Positions 24,811 through 33,537 of a DNA stretch of 64,000 bases are shown here, piece after piece. Position 1 is the stretch's first letter. The number at the start of each line of letters is the position of its first letter. This DNA comes from an uncultured delta proteobacterium (GTDB lineage Bacteria; Desulfobacterota; Desulfuromonadia; Desulfuromonadales; JACZKF01), in contig CAWFKQ010000002.1 of NCBI GenBank assembly GCA_963816395.1, positions 45,144 to 109,143 of the forward strand, written 5' to 3'. The position numbers were made by a program, and so were the translations under genes. The notes under the pieces were generated by a model. That model saw only the letters and a program-made list of their open reading frames with translations, searched no databases and was not told where the DNA came from.

Positions 24811-25982
24811 AGGGTGATTGGCGGCGGGTGGTTCTGATCACCCTGGACGGAGTTGGTGCGGGCGCCCTGCCCGATGCCGATCTCTATGGGGATGCCGGTG
24901 CCAGCACCCTGCAGCATGTGGCAGCGGCCAGCGGTGGGCTGCACCTGCCCCACCTGCAGCGGTTAGGATTGGGCAATATCCTGCCGGTTGCCGGGGTGCC
25001 GCCGGCTACCATGCCGGCGGCCGCCTTCGGGCGGATGCGCGAGCGCTCGGCCGGAAAGGACACTACTACCGGTCACTGGGAGCTTGCCGGAATCATTCAG
25101 GAAGAGCCATTTCCGACCTTCCCCGACGGTTTCCCGGCGGCAATCATCGATGCTTTCCGTCGGGAGACTGGTCTTGACCCCCTTGGCAATTTCGCCGCCA
25201 GCGGCACCGAGATCATTCGGCGGCTGGGGGACGAGCACTCGCGCAGCGGCCGGCCGATCATCTATACCAGCGCCGATTCGGTATTTCAGATTGCCGCCCA
25301 CGAAGAGGTCATCCCGGTGGAGCGGCTGTACGAACTCTGCCGGATAGCGCGGCGCCTGCTTGATCCCTGGCGGGTCGGGCGGGTTATCGCCCGCCCGTTT
25401 GTCGGCCGAAGTGCCGCCGATTTCCAGCGCACCTCCGGTCGCCACGACTTCTCCCTGCCGCCTATCGGGCCGACCGTGCTCGATAACCTGCAGGCGGCCG
25501 GTTTCGAAGTGGCCGGGATCGGTAAGATCCATGATATCTTCGCCGGCCGCGGCCTGACCCGGCACGTTTTTACTGCCAGCAATGCCGAGGGCATGGCCCA
25601 GACCCTGCAAGCCCTGGCTGCGCCGGGGCGCGGCCTGGTGTTTACCAATCTGGTCGATTTCGATATGCTTTTCGGGCATCGACTGGATGCCGTCGGCTTC
25701 GGTCGGGCGCTGGAGGAATTCGATGCCTGGCTACCGCAACTGCTGGCGAAACTTTCGGCCGGTGACCTGCTGCTGATTACTGCCGATCATGGCTGCGATC
25801 CGACCACTCCCGGCACCGACCATAGCCGGGAGCATGTCCCATTGCTGGCTTGGTCGCCCGAACTGGCCGGCGGCAAGGATCTGGGACTGCGGGAGAGTTT
25901 CGCCGATGTGGCGGCTACGGTTGCGGACGCCTTCGCTGTGACCAGCGCGGCTGGAACGAGTTTCCTGCCGGAGCTTAGTTGA
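24807..25982 (+). CDS. deoB: Phosphopentomutase
   Basis: LDGVG, GKDTTTGHWE, YTSADSVFQIAAHE, NLVDFD..FGHR, TADHGCDP; GTG start overlaps deoC stop. Confidence 0.97.
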   Translation: MKGDWRRVVLITLDGVGAGALPDADLYGDAGASTLQHVAAASGGLHLPHLQRLGLGNILPVAGVPPATMPAAAFGRMRERSAGKDTTTGHWELAGIIQEEPFPTFPDGFPAAIIDAFRRETGLDPLGNFAASGTEIIRRLGDEHSRSGRPIIYTSADSVFQIAAHEEVIPVERLYELCRIARRLLDPWRVGRVIARPFVGRSAADFQRTSGRHDFSLPPIGPTVLDNLQAAGFEVAGIGKIHDIFAGRGLTRHVFTASNAEGMAQTLQALAAPGRGLVFTNLVDFDMLFGHRLDAVGFGRALEEFDAWLPQLLAKLSAGDLLLITADHGCDPTTPGTDHSREHVPLLAWSPELAGGKDLGLRESFADVAATVADAFAVTSAAGTSFLPELS

Positions 25983-26004
25983 AAAGCGGAGAAGAGAGGC
26001 GCGG

Positions 26005-26787
26005 TCAGGGCGGGGCCGGATACATCAGGTGCAGGGTGGCTTCGGCACGGTCCTGCAGCTGTTCTTTCTCCAATCCCGGGAAAGTTCGCTCCCGCTCAGA
26101 AATTTCACCGAAAAGACGCTTTTCGATGAAAGCTTCCAGAATTTTGCCGGTTTCCTCCCCGATTTCCGTGAACTCTATCCCCACCCCCTGCAGATAATTG
26201 TTCTCCGGATCGGGCGAGACGCGGTAGAGAACCCGACCTTCGATCTCCAGCTCCTTTTTCATCCCGATCAGGGGAATGACCACCTTCAGCCGATCCCCTT
26301 TCCCCGGCCGAAATCCGGTCTTGATGAACACCCCGTGGCGGCTGATGCTGAGTACCTGCGTCAGCTGGCAGGTGCCATTGAAACAGAGCATGCCTGGCAG
26401 ATGCAGATCCAGCCGAAGGTTTTGCCGGGGGATTTTCTTTAAGTGGCGCTGAATCAGGGCAAAAAGAGCGAAAATGTCGATCGGGACCGCTAAATTTTCG
26501 TGGGGAATGGCGGTCAGCTGCTGTGGCTCAGTGCCGCCGAGAATGATCAATGGGCATTTGATCCCGTTCCCCACCCGATCGGCCACCGCCTGCCAGAGGG
26601 GAGAGTCCTGCTTCTCAGTCAGCAGCGAGCCCCCTATGATCAGGAGATCAGGGGAGCTGGCTTTGATAAAGGCAATCATCTCGTCGGGCCGGGAGGTTAC
26701 CAGAACTCGGTAACCCCAATGTTTGAGAATGACCTCGAGAGTGGATAACAGCCCCTCCCGGCTATCACCGATAAGTAGACGTTTCAT
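26005..26787 (-). CDS. Pseudo-receiver plus PilZ domain protein
   Basis: REC-like N-terminus lacking the phospho-Asp (PDLLIIG); RQNLR and SISRHG PilZ-like motifs; GVGIEF. Confidence 0.7.
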   Translation of the reverse strand: MKRLLIGDSREGLLSTLEVILKHWGYRVLVTSRPDEMIAFIKASSPDLLIIGGSLLTEKQDSPLWQAVADRVGNGIKCPLIILGGTEPQQLTAIPHENLAVPIDIFALFALIQRHLKKIPRQNLRLDLHLPGMLCFNGTCQLTQVLSISRHGVFIKTGFRPGKGDRLKVVIPLIGMKKELEIEGRVLYRVSPDPENNYLQGVGIEFTEIGEETGKILEAFIEKRLFGEISERERTFPGLEKEQLQDRAEATLHLMYPAPP

Positions 26788-26950
26788 TGAAGTTTTTTCC
26801 TCTTTCAGGGGACTCGCAGAATGTAAGCTGGATTGTTCCGCGGGTCAAGAGAAATCGCGGCATCCGGAGGCGGAAGGAAGGGATGACAGCCCAATGTCGT
26901 TATGGTATACAAACGGGTGGGCAGAATTCTCATGAGAAAGGAGATTGGGC

Positions 26951-27347
26951 GTGAAACGATTGCTTTTCCCGGTTATCAGCCTGGCATTGGTCCTCTGCGG
27001 GGTGACCGCATTCGGTGCCGGATTGAAGGTCGAAGAAGGTGTGATCACAACCCGGATAGTGGAGCGGTCGCCGGCCGATGCCGTCCAGACCTATCCGGTA
27101 ACGGTAGGGAAACTTTACTGTTTTACTCACCTCACTGGTGCCGAGGGGGATACTGATATTACCCATGTCTGGTATCTGGGTGACAAGGAAATGGGCAGGG
27201 TTTCCCTGCCGGTGCGTTCGTCCGACTGGCGAACCTGGTCCTCCAAGACGATCCTGCCGCAATGGACGGGAAATTGGCGGGTAGAGGTGCTCGATGCCGA
27301 ACGGCAATCTGCTGCAGACAATTCCTTTTGCCTTGACCGCTGGTTGA
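26951..27347 (+). CDS. Exported DUF2914-like protein; probable indel ~27300
   Basis: Signal peptide; LYCFT, ITHVWY, WRTWSSK, GNWRVEV. Confidence 0.75.
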
Positions 27348-27363
27348 CGTTCCCGGGCTGAAC

Positions 27364-27395
27364 AAAAAAAGCGCCCCCGTCCGGGGGCGCTTTTC
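27364..27395. terminator. Bidirectional intrinsic terminator
   Basis: aaaaaaagcgccccc-gtcc-gggggcgcttttc between convergent genes. Confidence 0.85.
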
Positions 27396-27411
27396 TGGGG
27401 CACGGCGGAAC

Positions 27412-27859
27412 TTAAGATTGTTTTTTCTTTTTCCCCTTGCGGGCCGCCCTGGCTTTCGCCAAATTGTCGCCGAGACCGCGATCCACTGCCATCTGCCGCC
27501 GGCTTTCCGAGTAGGAGCGGGCAGCCAGAGGCTGGGTGCGGGGGATTTCGAACTGTTTGCGATATTCACTGGGCTTCATGCCATGGGCGGTCTTCAGGTG
27601 CCGGGCCAGGGTTTTCATCTCCTTGCCGCAGATCATGCAGACGACCTTATCTTTACCGAAGGCCTTTTTGCGGGTGATCGCCGGAGTGACCGCGCTTTCT
27701 TCGCCAGCGGCCTCGGCGGTAATTCCCTCACCTCTTTCCAGGGCGGTCAGGGCCTTTGGTTACTTCAGCCAATTCAGCAATCAGCTCTTCTTTGCTCATG
27801 GGGGTAGTGGAAGCATGGGCAGCCACTATCTCCGCGGCCATTTCAATCAGATTAGCCAT
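27412..27859 (-). CDS. Ros/MucR family zinc-finger regulator; apparent frameshift ~27757
   Basis: Manual N-terminus MANLIEMAAEIVAAHAS.. joined to CMICGKEMKTLARHLKTAHGM..EYR..F...PL.A..YSE.RR; AGGAGG RBS. Confidence 0.9.
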
Positions 27860-28492
27860 CGATTTCCTCCTTGTGGTATTACTATAGGTTTATAAATTGC
27901 CTATCAGCTCGTTTACTAATACAACATTTTTTTTCAAAAGCAAGAGAAAATTCAGCGACTGCTGAAAAAGTGAAGATAGACTTGCAAATCTCCAGCAATA
28001 TGAGCAGACGTAAGACCAATTTTCAAATTTGAAACATCAAGACACCTCTATGATCGAGTCCTTTAAGAAGGCTAGGATCTTTCATCCGCAAGGGCTTTAG
28101 AATTGGCGATGTTGAGCCTTGATCTGGCGATTGTTGAAACAAAAATTTCCGTTGCAACATGGAAAAAAGGGTAGGGTATCGATGAAAGAACCTCCGAACC
28201 AAATACAAAAGGATTTTCTGCATATTTCAATGCGCATTGAGCAGCTGGAAATCTGGTCCTGTCTCCACTTGCCTGCCGTAGCGCCGAAAGGGTCGGGTGC
28301 GCGACAGGGGTGAGTGGGAGGGTCTGTTTCGCTAAGGGGAGCGGCCGCTAACTGGCGACTCGGCGGAGGGTGTTCGGCGGCGGATTTTAACCGGTCTCTA
28401 TGCGATCAAATCTTTATCAGTCATTGCTTCTTCTGCAGCCGTGGAAGACCCTCTTGGTGAACATAACTGCTTGAATTTCCCAGTCAATAATA

Positions 28493-28522
28493 TTGACACT
28501 AGCGGGGGGGGTATGGTAGCTT
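28493..28522 (+). promoter_or_regulatory. Putative sigma-70 promoter of romR-valS with a G8 tract in the spacer
   Basis: TTGACA-18 nt-TAGCTT with extended -10 TG. Confidence 0.5.
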
Positions 28523-28658
28523 GTTGGCGCCTCGCGGCAAATTCGGCGGTCCCCAGCCGGTGAGGGGAGCATCCGTGCAGCCGGTCTTTTTTCATCCCGG
28601 CCGGTTTTTCGCAATAAATTTTCAGTTCCTGCAACTGCGGGAAACCAGGAGGCCCTGC

Positions 28659-30022
28659 ATGAGCAAAAAACTGTTGTTGGCCGACGACAGTATCACCATC
28701 CAGAAAGTCATCGGGATCACCTTCGCCAATGAAGATTATGAGCTGAGCGTGGTCGACAACGGCGATGCGGCTCTGGAAATGGCCCGGGCGGTTCGTCCGG
28801 ACCTGATCCTTGCCGATGTCTTCATGCCCGGCAAGAACGGCTATGAGCTTTGTGCTGCGGTTAAAAAGGAGCCGGCTCTGGGAGGGGTCCCGGTTCTGCT
28901 GTTGACCGGCACTTTCGAACCTTTTGATGAGAAGAAGGCCGAGCAGGCCGGCGCCGACAGCTGGATCGCTAAACCTTTTGAGTCGCAGGCTCTGATCGAC
29001 CGGGTGGAGGAGCTGCTATCGCGTCCGGTTCAGGCCGTTGCCGAGAACGCTCCCGGCGGTTTCGGTGGGGGAAACCTCCGCCGAAATGGCGACAGGGATC
29101 ACTGCCGGGGCGGCCGGGGCCATTTCCCCTGCGGCGGAGGACGATATCTGGGGCGATTTGGGTGTGGAGATTTCCCCTCCCGCTGCCGATTTTGCGCCCG
29201 CCGAGGCGGAGCAATGGGAAACTGCGGGTGAGAACATGGGGGAAGATCTCTGGGGAGACTTTTCTCTGGAGGAAGAATCGGTCGAAGAGCCCGCCGGGGC
29301 AAAACTGGCTGCCCCGGCGGGCGGGGAAGCCAATGCGGAATGGGGGGAACTGGCAGAGGAGCCGCTTCCTGCCGGGATGCTGCAGGAAGAAACTGAATTC
29401 GTCTTCGAGGAAGATTCGTTCTCCGAGGGAGATTCGTTCTTCATGGAGGCCGCTGCGAAAGAAGATCCCCTGGCAGAGGAATGGGAAGAGTTCGGAGAAG
29501 ATATCCTGCCGTTGGATGAATGCGATATCCTGGAGGAAGAGGATCTGGTCTGGCTGAGGAGGTTTCTTCCGCCGCGAAAGATGAAAGTCTCCCCTTCCTG
29601 CTGAGCCGGCGGCTGGGGATGAGTTTTTCGCCGGGGCGGAGGCAACTCTGACGGAAGAGGGGGGATGGGGCTCCGGTGAGGAAGCCGAACCCGCGGCGGA
29701 CTGGGAAACCTTCGGCGAGGAAGATGCCGCCCCGGAGTGGCAAATCGAGATGGAGGAAAGCGCCCCCGCCGAACTTCCTTCTAATGCTGCAGCCATCCCG
29801 CCTGCGGTGGTCCCGGCACCTGATGCGGCCGCCGTGGTGGCAAGCCAGGTCAACTCCCTGAGTGAGGAGGAAATCTCCCGCATCGTGGAAAAGGTAGCGG
29901 GGGCGGTCATCGAACGCTTGGCTCAGTCGATGCTGGAGAGGATCGTCTGGGAGGTGGTCCCCGACCTGGCCGAGTCGATGGTCAGGGAAGAAATTCGCAA
30001 GATCACGGAAAGCGTTCAGTAG
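28659..30022 (+). CDS. romR: RomR-like response regulator (REC, acidic linker, conserved helical C-terminus); two apparent frameshifts (~29040, ~29560)
   Basis: LLADDSITIQKVI..F..ED, GTFEPFDE, KPFESQ receiver; C-terminal LERIVWEVVPDLAESMVREEI; directly upstream of valS. Confidence 0.8.
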
Positions 30023-30174
30023 AAGGGGCCGCGCCAGGGCCTTCGGGCCGGCGGCATAGCCGAAAGTACCGGTAAATGGGGATTGCTGCAATCCCCATTT
30101 CCATTTCCATTTCTGCCTGCAAGCCGGGTGTGCCAGGCTCAGCCTCAGGAACCGATCGGAAGGATTCTGTTTCT

Positions 30175-32826
30175 ATGGAAGGAAAGCTCCCCAAGGGCTA
30201 TGAACCGCAAGAGGTCGAGGGCAAGTGGTACCGTTTCTGGGAAGAGAGCGGGTTTTTCCACGCCGACGAGAAGTCCCCCAAGCCCCATTACGCCATTGTC
30301 ATCCCGCCGCCTAATGTCACCGGCGTGCTGCACATGGGGCATGCGCTGAACAATACCCTGCAGGACATCCTGGCGCGCTGGAAGCGCATGACCGGGCACG
30401 AGGTACTCTGGATGCCCGGCACCGACCATGCCGGCATCGCCACCCAGAATGTGGTGGAAAAGCAGCTTGCCGGCGAGGGGAAGGACCGTCATGCTCTGGG
30501 CCGCGAGAAATTTGTCGAAAGGGTATGGCAGTGGCGGGCGGAATCCGGTGGGCAGATCATCAAACAGTTGAAGAAACTCGGTGCCTCCTGCGACTGGCAG
30601 CGGGAGCGTTTCACCATGGACGAGGGCCTCTCCAAAGCGGTACGCGAGGTTTTCGTCAAGCTTTATGAGGAAGGGTTGATTTACCGGGACAACCGGCTCA
30701 TCAACTGGTGCCCACGCTGCCATACCGCCCTCTCCGATCTGGAGGTGGAGCATGATGAGAAGAAAGGCAGCCTCTGGCACCTGCGCTACCCGGTGCAGGG
30801 GACCGGCCGCCATCTGGTGGTGGCGACCACCCGCCCGGAGACGATGCTGGGCGATACCGCGGTCGCGGTCCACCCCGAGGACGAGCGTTACCGGGATCTG
30901 GTCGGCAAAACGGTGCTCCTGCCCCTGGTGAATCGGGAAATCCCGGTGATCGCCGACGAATACGTCGACCGCGAGTTCGGCACCGGTGTGGTCAAGATCA
31001 CCCCGGCCCATGACTTCAACGACTTCGAAGTCGGCCGCCGGCACAATCTGGAGATGATCAATATCTTCGACAACTCCGGGGTGATCAACGAGAACGGCGG
31101 CCCCTACGCCGGTTTGGAACGCTTTGCCGCCCGCCGGCAGGTGGTGGCGGATCTGGAGGCGCAGGAACTGCTGGAGCGCATCGAGGACTATTCGCTGGCG
31201 GTGGGCGAGTGCTACCGCTGTAAAACCATCATCGAGCCTTTTCTCTCCCTGCAGTGGTATGTCAAGGTCGGTCCGCTGGCCGAGGAGGCCATCAAGGCGG
31301 TCCAGGACGGCCGCACCCGCATTGTCCCCGAGCAGTGGGAGAAGACCTATTTCGAATGGATGTTCAACATCAAGGACTGGTGCATCAGCCGCCAGATCTG
31401 GTGGGGACACCGCATACCGGCCTGGTACTGCGATGCCTGCGGCCAGCTCATCGTCTCCCGCCAGGATCCGGACCGCTGCCCCTGCGGCGGGGAACTGCGC
31501 CAGGACACCGATGTTCTCGATACCTGGTTTTCCTCCGCCCTCTGGCCCTTCTCCACCATGGGCTGGCCGGACGCCACCGAGACGCTGGAGAAGTTCTATC
31601 CCACCAGCTGCCTGGTCACCGGCTTCGACATCCTCTTTTTCTGGGTGGCCCGGATGCTGATGATGGGGCTCAAGTTCATGGGGGAAGTTCCTTTCCGCGA
31701 CGTCTACATCCATGCCCTGGTGCGCGATGCCCAGGGACAGAAGATGAGCAAGAGCAAGGGGAATGTCATCGACCCGCTGGGGGTGATCGATGAATACGGG
31801 GCCGATGCCTTCCGCTTTACCCTCGCCGCCTTCGCCGCCATGGGGCGCGACATCAAGCTCTCTACCGAGCGCATCGCCGGCTATAAGGCGTTCGCCAATA
31901 AGCTGTGGAACGCCGCCCGCTTTGCCCTGATGAATCTGGAGGGGTTCGATCCCGCCGGAATCGCGCTGGAAAAGCAGGAACTCTCCCTGGCCGATTCCTG
32001 GATCCTGGCGCAGTTGGCCGAGGCCAGCGAGGAGACCAACCGGGCGTTGGCGGAATATCGCTTCAATGAGGCCGCGAACGTTCTTTATGCCTTCACCTGG
32101 CACGCCTTCTGCGACTGGTACATCGAGCTGGTCAAGAACGATCTGTACGGCAGCGACGCGGTGGCCAGGAGCCGGGCTCAGGGCGTTCTGTTTATCGTTC
32201 TCGAGCGGCTGCTGCGCCTGCTGCATCCGCTGATGCCCTTCATCACCGAGGAAATTTGGCAGGCTCTGCCGGGTGAACGGGACACCAGCTCGATCATGCT
32301 CTCCTCCTGGCCGACGGTCGAAGGTTTGCCGGTGCATCCCGAGCAGGCACAGCGGATGGAGCGGATCATGGAGGTTATCCGCGGCATCCGCAATATCCGC
32401 GGTGAGATGGACGTCAGTCCTGGCCGGCAGATTCCCGTCGTTCTCGATTGTCGAAGCGAGGCGGTGCATTCAGTGGTACGCCAGGGGCAAGGTTACATTC
32501 AGGCCCTGGCCCGGGTCCAGGAACTGACCTGCGGAGTCGGCGTCGAGCGGCCGAACAAGGCAGCCACTCAGGTTGCCGGGGAGATCGAAATTCTCGTCCC
32601 CATCGCCGGTCTGATTGACCTCGACGAAGAGGAAAAACGCCTGCTGAAGGAAATCTCCAAGGTGGAGAAGGATGTGGCGATGTTCGAGAAGAAACTCGCC
32701 AATGAGGCTTTTGTCGCCAAAGCGCCTCCGGAGGTACTGGAGAAGGATCGCGGCAAGCTCGCCGACGCCGGTGAAAAGCTCGGGATCCTGCAGCGGAGCC
32801 TGGAGCGCATCCTGGCAATGAGGTGA
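30175..32826 (+). CDS. valS: Valine--tRNA ligase
   Basis: PPPNVTGVLHMGHA, DWCISRQIWWGHRIP, KMSKS, C-terminal coiled coil. Confidence 0.99.
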   Translation: MEGKLPKGYEPQEVEGKWYRFWEESGFFHADEKSPKPHYAIVIPPPNVTGVLHMGHALNNTLQDILARWKRMTGHEVLWMPGTDHAGIATQNVVEKQLAGEGKDRHALGREKFVERVWQWRAESGGQIIKQLKKLGASCDWQRERFTMDEGLSKAVREVFVKLYEEGLIYRDNRLINWCPRCHTALSDLEVEHDEKKGSLWHLRYPVQGTGRHLVVATTRPETMLGDTAVAVHPEDERYRDLVGKTVLLPLVNREIPVIADEYVDREFGTGVVKITPAHDFNDFEVGRRHNLEMINIFDNSGVINENGGPYAGLERFAARRQVVADLEAQELLERIEDYSLAVGECYRCKTIIEPFLSLQWYVKVGPLAEEAIKAVQDGRTRIVPEQWEKTYFEWMFNIKDWCISRQIWWGHRIPAWYCDACGQLIVSRQDPDRCPCGGELRQDTDVLDTWFSSALWPFSTMGWPDATETLEKFYPTSCLVTGFDILFFWVARMLMMGLKFMGEVPFRDVYIHALVRDAQGQKMSKSKGNVIDPLGVIDEYGADAFRFTLAAFAAMGRDIKLSTERIAGYKAFANKLWNAARFALMNLEGFDPAGIALEKQELSLADSWILAQLAEASEETNRALAEYRFNEAANVLYAFTWHAFCDWYIELVKNDLYGSDAVARSRAQGVLFIVLERLLRLLHPLMPFITEEIWQALPGERDTSSIMLSSWPTVEGLPVHPEQAQRMERIMEVIRGIRNIRGEMDVSPGRQIPVVLDCRSEAVHSVVRQGQGYIQALARVQELTCGVGVERPNKAATQVAGEIEILVPIAGLIDLDEEEKRLLKEISKVEKDVAMFEKKLANEAFVAKAPPEVLEKDRGKLADAGEKLGILQRSLERILAMR

Positions 32827-32990
32827 TCGGAAGCGGGATAATGCCGCCGGGATAAATTACGGCAAGTGAAGGGAGCGACTGCCTGGCCTGAGAAGGGTGG
32901 GGAGGGCCGAGTCGGTGGCCGCCCGGTTGGGCTAAGAGGGATAGAGCCTTCCCTGTCTGCTGCTCCAGGCAGGCATGCTCGACCTTCCCC

Positions 32991-33332
32991 TCAGATTTCG
33001 TCCCGGCCATGGACCTGGGCCGGAGGGTGTGTTGCCTCTACTGCCGTGAACGGCTCGATAATCCGATAGGCATGCCGGGCCTCTTTCGGCACCACCCAGG
33101 AATCCCCAGCCTCCAGAATAATCGTCTGCCCCTCAATCTCCAGTTCGGCCCGGCCTTTGACCGCATACCCGACCGTCTCATACGGGCGGGAATGGGGTTC
33201 ATCGGTTTTACCCGGCGTTTCCTCCTCCCACAGGCGCATGGCCATTGAAATCCCCGAGGCCAGATACTTCTGCCCCATTTTCCCCTGTGGCGAAGCTTTC
33301 GAATCGATTTTCTTGACGGTGGTATCTCCCAT
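32991..33332 (-). CDS. Cupin domain protein
   Basis: HSRPYETVGY..GRAEL...GDSWVVP...HAY, EATHPPA. Confidence 0.85.
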   Translation of the reverse strand: MGDTTVKKIDSKASPQGKMGQKYLASGISMAMRLWEEETPGKTDEPHSRPYETVGYAVKGRAELEIEGQTIILEAGDSWVVPKEARHAYRIIEPFTAVEATHPPAQVHGRDEI

Positions 33333-33537
33333 GGTCGACTCCCCGCGCTGGTTTTCTATTCAAACCTAGCCTTTCCGGCGGGGGTGTCAAGGGATCGGGC
33401 GGGCGTCATGCCCTCCTTTTTTCCATCACTGCCTCCGCCCCGACTCTGCCAGCCCGGGCCCCCTCCGAAAGTGGGAGCGGCTCTCTACTGCGAAGGGAGC
33501 AGAGCCGAGGTAAAAGCAAGAGATCCAAATTTCGCCG

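Noticed and set aside
30023..30174. T-box leader for valS
   Set aside because: Region is too short and lacks the T-box (TGGNACC) motif; only a 13-bp perfect hairpin at 30074-30100 of unknown role
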